A DNA stretch of 64,000 nt. It comes from Candidatus Spongiisociaceae bacterium. GTDB taxonomy: Bacteria > Actinomycetota > Acidimicrobiia > Spongiisociales > Spongiisociaceae. The notes under the pieces are model-generated. The model was given only the letters and a program-made list of their open reading frames with translations. It was not told where the DNA came from and ran no database searches. The DNA is taken from contig OZ253564.1 of the NCBI GenBank assembly GCA_965262915.1, positions 3,744,001 to 3,808,000 of the forward strand. The letters run 5' to 3'. Below are positions 48,882-57,964 of the stretch, piece after piece (within the stretch, counting starts at the first letter, position 1; each line of letters begins with the position of its first letter). A program made the translations under genes and the position numbers.

Positions 48882-49360
48882 CTCCTCATTACCACCGCTG
48901 CCTGTCTGACCGCCTTCAGGATGTTCTGGTACCCGGTACACCGGCAGAGGTTGGATGACAGCATCGCCCGCAGTTCATCTTCATCGGGGTCGGGGTTCTG
49001 TTCGAGGTATCCGACTGCCAGCATGAGGAAGCCCGGGGTACAGAAACCGCACTGGAGTCCGTGGTTCTCCCAGAAGGCCTGCTGTATGGGGTGCAGACGG
49101 TCACCGTCGGCCAAGCCCTCGACGGTGCGCAGTTCCATGCCGTCGCACTGGACCGCGAACATCAGGCAGGACCGTACCGGTTCGCCGTCGGCCAGGATCG
49201 TGCATGCCCCGCACACGCCGTGCTCGCAGCCCAAGTGGGTTCCCGTGAGGCCACAGTTGTCCCTGAGGGTGTCGGCCAAGGTGCGCCTCGGCTCCACCCG
49301 AACCTCGTAGGAACGGCCGTTGACGTTGAGGGTCACATCGACCATGGTTCGCTCGGTCAT
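48878..49360 (-). CDS. 2x[2Fe-2S] small subunit (CoxS/CutS-like)
   Basis: GCEHGVCGACT..SC, QCGFCTPG, NLCRCTGY. Confidence 0.96.
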   Translation of the reverse strand: MTERTMVDVTLNVNGRSYEVRVEPRRTLADTLRDNCGLTGTHLGCEHGVCGACTILADGEPVRSCLMFAVQCDGMELRTVEGLADGDRLHPIQQAFWENHGLQCGFCTPGFLMLAVGYLEQNPDPDEDELRAMLSSNLCRCTGYQNILKAVRQAAVVMRR

Positions 49361-51675
49361 GCAGGGATCCTCTCCTTCTGCCTGATCAGCCGGCGCAACC
49401 GGGAAGGAGTCGCCGGGGTCTCGTTGACCTCCACGCCCATTGGCCGGAGCGCGTCGGAGATCGCGTTGATGATTGCAGCCGGAGCACCGATCGTGCCACC
49501 TTCGCCGACACCCTTGGCGCCGGTGATCGTGGCGTCGGAGACGGTGACCAGATGGTGGATCTCCATGTCGGGCACCTCGGCGAGGGTGGGGGGAAGGTAG
49601 TCCATGAGCGAGGTCGTGAGGATATTGCCCTCCTCGTCGTAGGCGATCTCCTCGTACAGGGCGCCTGCGATCCCCTGGGTGATGCCGCCGTGGATTTGGC
49701 CCTCCACGATCATCGGGTTGATCAGGACACCGGCATCCTCCACCACCACGAACCTCTCCACCCGGACCCCTCCCGTCTCGGGATCCACCTCGACCACCGC
49801 CGCGTGGCAGGCGTTCGAGAACGTACCGCCCGGATCGTAGGTGGCCACCGCGGCAAGCCCCGGGGTCATACCGGGACCCAAACGGTGGCTGGAGTGGTAT
49901 GCCAGACGGGCCACGTCGGCGACGCTGATTCCCGTGTCCGTCCCCGAAACACGCGCCACTCCCCCGGCTATGACGATGTCCTCGGGGGCGGCCTCCAGCT
50001 GGTCGGCTGCTATCGAGGCGATCTTCGAGCGGAGCAGAGCGGCCGCCTGCTTGGCCGCGCCACCGGCGATCACCAGCGAGCGACTGGCGAAGGTCCCCCA
50101 GCCGTAGGGCGTACGGTCCGTGTCGCCATGGACGAGCCTGATCGTCACGGGCTCGATCCCGAGTTCGTCGCCTATCAACTGAGCCAGGCTGGTTCCCAAC
50201 CCCTGGCCATGCGGTGAGGCTCCCAACCGAGCCTCCAAGTTTCCCGACGGATCCATCACCAGGTTCACGGTCTCGTATCCCAGTGTGACGTCCATGCTGC
50301 GGGCGGCAAAAGCCGATGTACCGTATCCGGTGCGCTCGGAGAAGACCGAGAACCCGACCCCCAGGTAGCGATTCTGCTCCAAGGCGGCGGACTGCCGTTG
50401 CCGGAACCCATCGAGGTCGATCACCTCGGCAGCCTTGTCAAGGGACTCGACGTAGGAACCCTCGTCGTAGACCAACCCTGTGACCGACGGGTATGGGAAC
50501 GTCCGGATCAGGTTCCTTCTTCGGATCTCGGCAGGCTCGATGCCAAACCGTGACGCTCCCTGGTCCATGAGTCGTTCCATTGCCAGGGTTATGACCGGGC
50601 GGGACACCCCCCGGTACGGTGCCATGGGACATGTGTTGGTGACGACGCCCCGTGAGCGGACCCGGTAGGTACGGAAGTCGTAGGGTCCGGGGAGTTCGGC
50701 CATGGCCATGAGCGGTTCGACACCGCAGGTCACCGGGTAGCAGGAATACGCGCCCACGTTGCACAGCAGGTCGGCGTCGAGAGCCAGCAGCCGTGCCCGG
50801 CTGTCGAAGGCACCCCTGATCCGGTATCGGTGGTCCCGGCTGTGGAACGAGGCCATCAGATTCTCGCGCCGGTCCTCCACCCACGAAACCCTCGCGCGGA
50901 GCCGCCTTGCCACCCACACCGCCACCACATCCTCGATGGCCAGGCAGAACTTCTGCCCGAAGGCGCCACCCACATCCGGAGCCACCACCCGGATCCGCGA
51001 CTCGGGGATCCCGATGAGGTCGGCGATGATCGTCCGCACGACATGGGGCGCCTGGACGGACGAAACAAGGGTGATCCGGCGGGATCGCCTGTCGTAGGAC
51101 GCGACCGATCCGCGTGTTTCCAAGGGCAGGGCGCTCTCGCGTCGGGATGTCAGGTCGAACCCGACGACCTCTGCGGCAGCTGCGAAGACCTCGTCCACCC
51201 CGTCGGTCTGGATTCTCGCATCCACGACCACGTTGTCCGGAACGTGGTCGTGGACAGCCGGAGCCCCCTGGCGCGTCGCCCCTGCTGCGGTAGTCACATG
51301 GTCACGAGGCTCGATGTCGACGTACACCTGCTCGGCGGCATCCTCAGCTTCCTCCGGCGAGCCCGCCACCACCACCGCCACCGGCTCGCCAACGAAACGA
51401 ACCGTGTCCCGCGCCAGGACCGGCTGGTCGACCGGTCGGTAGTCGTCCCGGTGCAGCAGCGGGCGAACCGGCCGAACATCGGCCAGATCATGTGAGGTGA
51501 ACATAGTGACGTGGTCGGGCGCTTCGATCGAGACGATCCGTCCGTGCGGCACCGGGCTGCGGACGAACCTCAGGTGGGAAGCGTCACCGATAAGATCGGC
51601 GACGAACCTTCCCTCGCCGGTGAGAAGTGGGGGATCCTCGAAGCGCAGCAGGGATTGCCCGATCCACGGGGTCAC
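49357..51675 (-). CDS. Xanthine dehydrogenase-family Mo-binding subunit L2
   Basis: SVQAPH, VGGAFGQK, PYRGVSRP, HGQG, FASRS, KGVGEGG. Confidence 0.95.
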   Translation of the reverse strand: MTPWIGQSLLRFEDPPLLTGEGRFVADLIGDASHLRFVRSPVPHGRIVSIEAPDHVTMFTSHDLADVRPVRPLLHRDDYRPVDQPVLARDTVRFVGEPVAVVVAGSPEEAEDAAEQVYVDIEPRDHVTTAAGATRQGAPAVHDHVPDNVVVDARIQTDGVDEVFAAAAEVVGFDLTSRRESALPLETRGSVASYDRRSRRITLVSSVQAPHVVRTIIADLIGIPESRIRVVAPDVGGAFGQKFCLAIEDVVAVWVARRLRARVSWVEDRRENLMASFHSRDHRYRIRGAFDSRARLLALDADLLCNVGAYSCYPVTCGVEPLMAMAELPGPYDFRTYRVRSRGVVTNTCPMAPYRGVSRPVITLAMERLMDQGASRFGIEPAEIRRRNLIRTFPYPSVTGLVYDEGSYVESLDKAAEVIDLDGFRQRQSAALEQNRYLGVGFSVFSERTGYGTSAFAARSMDVTLGYETVNLVMDPSGNLEARLGASPHGQGLGTSLAQLIGDELGIEPVTIRLVHGDTDRTPYGWGTFASRSLVIAGGAAKQAAALLRSKIASIAADQLEAAPEDIVIAGGVARVSGTDTGISVADVARLAYHSSHRLGPGMTPGLAAVATYDPGGTFSNACHAAVVEVDPETGGVRVERFVVVEDAGVLINPMIVEGQIHGGITQGIAGALYEEIAYDEEGNILTTSLMDYLPPTLAEVPDMEIHHLVTVSDATITGAKGVGEGGTIGAPAAIINAISDALRPMGVEVNETPATPSRLRRLIRQKERIPA

Positions 51676-52529
51676 TGCTCGATCGCCTGCGCGAGTGCGC
51701 GCCGGGTCAAGGCCCGGACCAGGTCTCTCCGGTACTCTGCAGAACCGTGGATGTCCTCCATGGGGTCCACCTCCTGCGCGGCAACCTCGGCGGCTTCCGC
51801 GAATGCCCTACCGGAGGCTGGGCCACCCCTGAGGTGATCTTCGGCGCCGGTAGCCCGGACCGGCCGGTCGCTCACCGCCCCCAGCGCGATCCGTACATCG
51901 GCCAGTTCCCCATCTCGCATCTCGAGTGTCACGGCGGCCATGGCCAGCGCGAAGTCACCGGCGCGGCGGCTGAACTGCTGGAAACCGACCCTGTTGGCAG
52001 CACTCAGCTTGACTAGACGGGTCTCGACCAACAGCTCGTCGGGACCCAGGTCGGTAGTGAACACGGTCTGGAAGAACCGTGAGGCGGGGATGGTGCGGGT
52101 TCCGGCCATGTTGGCCGCCACCATCTCGGCGTCGAGCAACATGGCGATCACACACCACTCGGCGGCGGGGTCGGCGTGCGCCAGACTGCCACCGAACGTT
52201 CCGCGAACCCGGATGGGTAGATGGCCCACGTGGTGGGCGGCGAGGCTGAGAAGCCGACCGAGCGGCCCGTCCACCACCGGCCGCTCGAAGGCAACATGGC
52301 GTACCAGAGATCCGACGCGCAGGGTGTCGCCGTCGTCGGTGATGTGGTCGAGTTCTCCCACCTGGTTGATGTCCACCAGCACGGCCGGCCTGGCGAGACG
52401 GAAGTTCATGGCCGGTACCAGGCTCTGGCCGCCTGCCAGGACCTTGGCGTCGTATCCGTATCGATCCAAGACTGCCAGCGCCCCTTCGACGGAACGTGCT
52501 TGGTGGTAGTCGAATCGGGCTGGCTTCAT
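51672..52529 (-). CDS. FAD-binding medium subunit (CoxM/CutM-like)
   Basis: MKPARFDY, LAGGQSL, RGTFGGSLAHADP, RRAGDFA, DIHGSAEYRR. Confidence 0.96.
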   Translation of the reverse strand: MKPARFDYHQARSVEGALAVLDRYGYDAKVLAGGQSLVPAMNFRLARPAVLVDINQVGELDHITDDGDTLRVGSLVRHVAFERPVVDGPLGRLLSLAAHHVGHLPIRVRGTFGGSLAHADPAAEWCVIAMLLDAEMVAANMAGTRTIPASRFFQTVFTTDLGPDELLVETRLVKLSAANRVGFQQFSRRAGDFALAMAAVTLEMRDGELADVRIALGAVSDRPVRATGAEDHLRGGPASGRAFAEAAEVAAQEVDPMEDIHGSAEYRRDLVRALTRRALAQAIEQ

Positions 52530-52570
52530 GCGGGCCGGAGTGTACTATCCGGGCGCCAACCCGAGGTTCC

Positions 52571-54904
52571 ATGACTGCACGACGGCAGGTGTCGACTCGA
52601 GGTGGGATCGGAGCTTCCGTGTTGCGGCACGAGGATCCGCCGCTGCTCACCGGGAAAGCCCGTTACATCGCGGACATCCACCTCGACCGCCAGCTCACCA
52701 TGTCGGTCGTGAGGTCACCGGTCGCCCACGGGACTCTCCACGGCATGGAAACCTCGGAAGCAAGGTCCCTTCCCGGCGTAGAGGCCGTGTTCACCGCCGA
52801 AGATATGATGGACGACCTCGGCCATGTTCCCCGTATCCCGCCGCGGGTGTCGTTCGACGAGACCGTGCTCCCCTACCTGCAGCCCATCCTGGCCCGAGAC
52901 CGCGTTCGGTACACCGGCGAACCTCTCGCGGTGGTTGTAGCCGAGGACCGCTACGTGGCCGAGGACGCGGCCGAGCTGGTATTCGCCGATATAGATCAGC
53001 GTCCGGCGATGCTCGACCGCGGGGACCGGCCGGGAGCCGGCGAGCAGCTCTTCGAAGCCGGAAACCTGATAACCACCCTCACCGGGGAATTCGGCGAGGT
53101 CGACCGTATCTTCCGAGATGCCGAGGTGGTGGTCGAGACCGAGTTGACCATCGGCAGGCACAGCGGCGTACCCATGGAAACCCGCGGCCTGGTGGTCGAA
53201 TTCGACCCGCGCACCGAACGTCTCATCGTGCACGGAGCGACCAAGGTTCCGCATTGGAACCTGCGTACCACCGCCGAGTTGCTCGGTATATCCCCCAGCC
53301 GTCTGCGGATGCGGGAAACCGCCATAGGAGGGGGATTCGGCGTACGCGGCGAACTGTACCCCGAAGACGTCCTGGCGGTATGGGTTGCCGGACGCGTGCG
53401 ACGTTCCGTGTCGTGGATAGAGGACCGCCGCGAGCACCTCCTGGCGGCCAACCACTCACGCGAACAGCGTCACAAAGTCAGGATCGCAGGCGATCGCAGC
53501 GGCAGGATCACGGGTATCGTCTCGGAGTTCCGGGCGGATCTCGGCGCCTACGTCCGCACACACAGCATCCGGGTGGCCGACCTGACGCTGTCGATGATCC
53601 CCGGTCCGTACGACCTGGCCGCCTACCGGGGAACCGCCCATTGCGTGGTCACCAACAAGACACCGACCGGCACCTACCGGGCGCCGGGACGGTTCGAGTC
53701 GAGCTTCGTCAGGGAGCGCATGGTGGACCTGTTCGCAGCCGAGATCGGCATGGACCCGGTGGAGGTACGCAGGCGGAACCTGATCCAGCCGTCGCAGATA
53801 CCCTACGAACGGCCCTTGTCGTCGACCGGCGAGCCCATGCTCTTCAGCGACGGCGACTTCCCGGCGATCCTCAACAGATTGGTCGACTCCTTCGATTGGC
53901 AAACCCTGGAGAGGCGTCGGGCGGAAGGCGAACGGGTGGGCGTCGGGTTGGCGATGTTCCTGGAGAAGTCCGGTCTGGGGCCCTGGGAAACGGGCGCGGT
54001 CGAAGTGGATCCGGACGGTCTGGTGCGGGTCCGAACCGGATGTTCCTCGGTGGGCCAGGGCATCCGGACGGTCATGGCACAGATAGTGGCGGACCGGCTA
54101 GAAGTGGACCACTCGCAGGTACGGGTCGAGTTGCTCGACACCGACCGGACGCGGTACGGGATCGGGAGCTACGCCAGCCGCTCGACGGTCACCGCGGGGA
54201 GTGCGCTCTTTCAGGCGGCCGACGAGGTCATCGGGTTGACCAAGCAGGTAGCTGCGGTGGAGTTCGAGGTAGCGATCGAGGACCTCGAGTACGGGGATGG
54301 AGCGGTGAGCGTGTCGGGCTCTCCTGATTTCAGCATGTCCATCTTCGATGCCGCGCAGCGGCTCCACCCGGTCACCGCCCGGCGTTACGGCCGGGACCGC
54401 CCGGGACTGGTAGCCGAGTCGGTATTCAATGTGGAACAGGTCGTCTACCCGTGCGGAGCCAACCTTGCGGTGGTGCGCGTGACTCCCGATACGGGTGAGG
54501 TGACCGTCGAGCAACTCGTACTCCTCTACGACGTCGGCCAAGCCATCAACCCGATGCTGGTGGCGGGCCAGATGGAGGGAGGGGCGGTGCAGGCGATCGG
54601 CGGAACGCTGTACGAGCAGTTCGCCTACGACGCGGAGGGAAACCCGATGTCGACGTCGTTCATGGACTACCTCCTGCCGACCTTGACCGAGACACCCGAG
54701 ATGCGGACCATCGTCGGGGAGACCGCTCCCACCGCCACCAATCCACTCGGCGTGAAGGGAGCGGGAGAGGGCGGCGTCCCCGGTGTGGCCGCTGCAATCG
54801 CAACAGCCATCGAACAAGCGGTGGGGCAACCCGGCCTGGTAACCGCGGTACCGATCCTTCCCGCAAACCTGATCGCCAAGGACCCCGAGAATCAGGAGAA
54901 TTAG
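52571..54904 (+). CDS. Xanthine dehydrogenase-family Mo-binding subunit L3 (paralog of L1)
   Basis: GATKVPH, GGGFGVRGELYPED, GTYRAPGR, KGAGEGG. Confidence 0.95.
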   Translation: MTARRQVSTRGGIGASVLRHEDPPLLTGKARYIADIHLDRQLTMSVVRSPVAHGTLHGMETSEARSLPGVEAVFTAEDMMDDLGHVPRIPPRVSFDETVLPYLQPILARDRVRYTGEPLAVVVAEDRYVAEDAAELVFADIDQRPAMLDRGDRPGAGEQLFEAGNLITTLTGEFGEVDRIFRDAEVVVETELTIGRHSGVPMETRGLVVEFDPRTERLIVHGATKVPHWNLRTTAELLGISPSRLRMRETAIGGGFGVRGELYPEDVLAVWVAGRVRRSVSWIEDRREHLLAANHSREQRHKVRIAGDRSGRITGIVSEFRADLGAYVRTHSIRVADLTLSMIPGPYDLAAYRGTAHCVVTNKTPTGTYRAPGRFESSFVRERMVDLFAAEIGMDPVEVRRRNLIQPSQIPYERPLSSTGEPMLFSDGDFPAILNRLVDSFDWQTLERRRAEGERVGVGLAMFLEKSGLGPWETGAVEVDPDGLVRVRTGCSSVGQGIRTVMAQIVADRLEVDHSQVRVELLDTDRTRYGIGSYASRSTVTAGSALFQAADEVIGLTKQVAAVEFEVAIEDLEYGDGAVSVSGSPDFSMSIFDAAQRLHPVTARRYGRDRPGLVAESVFNVEQVVYPCGANLAVVRVTPDTGEVTVEQLVLLYDVGQAINPMLVAGQMEGGAVQAIGGTLYEQFAYDAEGNPMSTSFMDYLLPTLTETPEMRTIVGETAPTATNPLGVKGAGEGGVPGVAAAIATAIEQAVGQPGLVTAVPILPANLIAKDPENQEN

Positions 54905-54960
54905 CATCTACTGCCGCCCAAGTAGCATCTCGGATATGAAGATCAGCGTCAGCCTTCGCG

Positions 54961-55296
54961 ATGAAGATGTCGGATTCTTGGATGACTACGCACAGACTCA
55001 CGGAATGCCTTCCAGATGTCTTCTTCGAGCACGACAAACTACTTGTGGAGAAGGCGAAGAGCGCCGTCCACTCCCTCGCCGGACGTAAACATGCCCGCAA
55101 TGACCGTCAACTGGCCAAGCCTGACCTGAACGCCAATCTCAGAAGCTTGTATCTCGGCTGGAACCGAAGAATCGAGACCGAAACCGAGACGAAGCTGGCG
55201 GAAATCGAGACGAGAAGCGCAGCCCGGTCTTCCCTTGAGATCATCGGGATGGCCGTCCTGTCACCTCAGAGCACCTCCAGGGTCGAGTCCGGATGA
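54961..55296 (+). pseudogene. Helical ORF, possibly an orphan C-terminal fragment of an SNF2/RapA-type helicase
   Basis: Lower GC; coiled-coil followed by a terminal strand (SSLEIIGMAVL); no RBS. Family assignment is weak. Confidence 0.3.
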
Positions 55297-55501
55297 TCCA
55301 CCCCCGTTCCGAAACCGGGCGCGTGGCGGGAGGCACAATCCGCCAGCCCGCCAGGTAGGCAGCGTCTCGCCGCCATGGGCCGGAAGGATCTTCAACAAGC
55401 TCTTCGCCCGGTAGAGCCACTAAAGATCCGTCTTCTCGGTGAGAGAGGTCAAGTTTGTCAACTATATGAGGTTGTATATGGCAAGTTTCGCTGGAGGGAT
55501 C

Positions 55502-55514
55502 TGTCAATTTGACA
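55502..55514. promoter_or_regulatory. Palindromic operator upstream of the AAA gene
   Basis: TGTCAA-T-TTGACA, 13 bp before the ATG, in an AT-rich patch. Confidence 0.45.
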
Positions 55515-55527
55515 CTAGGATCAGGAT

Positions 55528-56784
55528 ATGGGCCTCTTCGCGCGCCATATCCGAACCCAGGTAGAAGAAGCGCTGGATTGGGCCCGGGTAATCATGATCC
55601 ATGGGGCGCGCCAGAGCGGCAAGACCACCCTCGCCCGGATGATCGCCGAGGCCCGCGGGGGTACGTACGCGTCGATGGACGACGAGGGGCTACGAGAGAG
55701 TGTCCTGGACGACCCGGTGACATTCCTCGCTCATCAACGTTATCCGCTGGTGATCGACGAAGTTCAGCGGGGCGGCGACAGGCTCGTGTTCGCCGTGAAA
55801 CGGCTCGTAGACGAAGAGAGGACGCCGGGCAGGTTCATCCTCACCGGTTCAACCAATTTCCTGACCGTGCCGAATATCAGCGAGTCCCTCGCCGGACGGG
55901 TCCAGATCTTTCGCCTGTGGCCGTTGTCGGAGGCGGAACTCATCGGAACTCATCCGACAGAGATCGACTGCTGGTTCGAAGGCGGCCCCGATCCGACCCC
56001 GACATCCGAGCTAGACCGCGCCGACTATCTGGCACGGGTGTGTCGGGGGGGCTACCCGGAAGCCGTCAGCCTCGACCCCGGCCGGCGGCGCCGCTGGTTC
56101 CAGGGATATGTCGAGACCGTCGTCCAACGCGACATCGCCGCTCTTGCCGACATCCGTAAAGCCTATGCCCTGGCGCCGCTGCTCAGATGGACCGCCGCAC
56201 TCACCGGCAGGCAGGTCAACCTTTCCGACGCTTCTCGACGATTGGGAATAAGCCGGCCGACAATCGCCGGGTACTTCGAATGGCTCCAGACCGTCTTCCT
56301 CGTTCACGAGCTTCCCCCGTGGTCCCGAGGCCTGGCACCGGGTGCCGGACGGCGACCCAAGTTCTATCTCACCGACTCCGGCCTGGCGGCCGCCCTGCTG
56401 GGTACGGACGCCGACTCCTTGATCTCGCCCACTGCTCCCGCGACGGGGCCGCTTCTGGAGACCTTCACCGTAAGCGAGATCGCCCGACAACTCTCCGTGT
56501 CGCCGCGGGCTGCCACGCTCTCCCACTACCGCGACCACAAGGGCCGCGAGATCGACCTCATCCTCAGCGCAAGCAACGCCGATGTGGTAGCTGTGGAGAT
56601 CAAGGCCACCAGCTCCCCCCGATCGAAGCACATGGATCATCTTCGCTGGCTTCGCAACAGGCTCGACGCCGTTTCCCCAGGCGCCTTCCGCGCCGGCATC
56701 CTCTTGCACACCGGCCCATACGCCCTCTCCATGGGCGACCGGCTCTACATGCGCCCTATCAACTGCTTGTGGTCCCAGTCCTGA
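55528..56784 (+). CDS. AAA_14 + DUF4143 ATP-binding protein
   Basis: GARQSGKTTL, IDEVQR, FILTGS, ESLAGR, GGYP, KFYLTDSG, EIDL..VEIK nuclease-like end. Confidence 0.93.
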   Translation: MGLFARHIRTQVEEALDWARVIMIHGARQSGKTTLARMIAEARGGTYASMDDEGLRESVLDDPVTFLAHQRYPLVIDEVQRGGDRLVFAVKRLVDEERTPGRFILTGSTNFLTVPNISESLAGRVQIFRLWPLSEAELIGTHPTEIDCWFEGGPDPTPTSELDRADYLARVCRGGYPEAVSLDPGRRRRWFQGYVETVVQRDIAALADIRKAYALAPLLRWTAALTGRQVNLSDASRRLGISRPTIAGYFEWLQTVFLVHELPPWSRGLAPGAGRRPKFYLTDSGLAAALLGTDADSLISPTAPATGPLLETFTVSEIARQLSVSPRAATLSHYRDHKGREIDLILSASNADVVAVEIKATSSPRSKHMDHLRWLRNRLDAVSPGAFRAGILLHTGPYALSMGDRLYMRPINCLWSQS

Positions 56785-56971
56785 AGGGCCGCCGACTACC
56801 GCTGGGGAATCCACCGCGACCATGAAGGGAGACCAATGGTCGGCCGGATGACGTATCCCCGCCGGCTCCGGCCGGGACTCCGAGATAGAGACCGCCGTGG
56901 ACAAAGCAGCGTCGATCCTGACCAACCGCCGGGAATAAAAGGCGCCGGAGAAGGCGGCCTGAGCGGCGCTT

Positions 56972-57946
56972 TCAACCGGGAAGGAGTTCTCCGGCCGTCC
57001 CGCGCAGGATCCTCTGGCACGCGTCCGGACCCAGACCGGCCCGCCGGCAGGCCTGCTCTATGTAGCCCACCGGCGTGTCGAGGCTCATCGGGAACGGAGC
57101 GTCGGTTCCAGCCGCGATCCGGTCCGGACCGATCGATGCCATCATGAAAGCCAACGCCCGGGGATCGTGAATCAGGGTGTCGTAGTAGAAACACTGCAGG
57201 ACCGAGTCCGGATGATCGACCGCTCGCTCGAAGCCGGGTGCGTGACGGGACGCGTGCACGGCCCGGCCCGCCAGGTAGGGCAGCGTGCCGCCGCCGTGCG
57301 CCAGCAGGATCCTCAACTCGGGCCAGTTCGTGAAGACCCCGGCGAAGTAGAGCCTCATGGCCGCCAGGGTGGTCTCGAACGGGTTGCCGCAGACGTTGCC
57401 GAGGAAGTGCACCTTCATACGATCGCCACCCATCACCCGATTGGGATGGATGAAGAGCAGTACCCCCAAGGATTCCGCTGCCTCCCATAGTGGTTCCAAG
57501 CCTGCGACGTCGAGATCCTTACCCCCGACCTGGGTGGGGATGGCCCCTCCGACGAACCCGAGACGGTCCACGCAGCGACGCAGTTCGTCGGCGGCCAGCC
57601 CACCGTCGGTCACCGGAAGCGCCGCCAGCGCTCTGAGCCCGGGTTGTCCGTCGATATCCCCCGCTACCGCGTCGTTCATGGCTCGGCACCAGGTGCGGGC
57701 AGCAGGACCGGCGAGGTCGTCCCCGGCTACGTCCATCCAAGGAGACACAACCTGGATGTCGATGTCGCGTTCGGTCATCCACCGGATCCGTTCCGGTAGG
57801 TCCGTGAGGGCGGGAGGGACGGGACGGGACGGACCGGATGGGAAACCGAGGATGCGCCGACCGGGCTCGAAGCTCACCGGGAGCAGACCCCGAGCCGCCG
57901 GAGCGAGTATCGACGGCGGCAGGTAATGGGCATGAAGGTCGATCAC
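56972..57946 (-). CDS. Amidohydrolase_2 family (ACMSD-like decarboxylase/hydratase)
   Basis: IDLHAH, FIHP, GNPFETT, AHGGGTLP, YYDT, GTDAPF. Confidence 0.92.
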   Translation of the reverse strand: MIDLHAHYLPPSILAPAARGLLPVSFEPGRRILGFPSGPSRPVPPALTDLPERIRWMTERDIDIQVVSPWMDVAGDDLAGPAARTWCRAMNDAVAGDIDGQPGLRALAALPVTDGGLAADELRRCVDRLGFVGGAIPTQVGGKDLDVAGLEPLWEAAESLGVLLFIHPNRVMGGDRMKVHFLGNVCGNPFETTLAAMRLYFAGVFTNWPELRILLAHGGGTLPYLAGRAVHASRHAPGFERAVDHPDSVLQCFYYDTLIHDPRALAFMMASIGPDRIAAGTDAPFPMSLDTPVGYIEQACRRAGLGPDACQRILRGTAGELLPG

Positions 57947-57964
57947 GGCGACATCCCCACTCCG

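Noticed and set aside
46596-54904. Aerobic CO dehydrogenase (cox) call
   Set aside because: No AYxCSFR active-site loop in any large subunit and no coxDEFG nearby.
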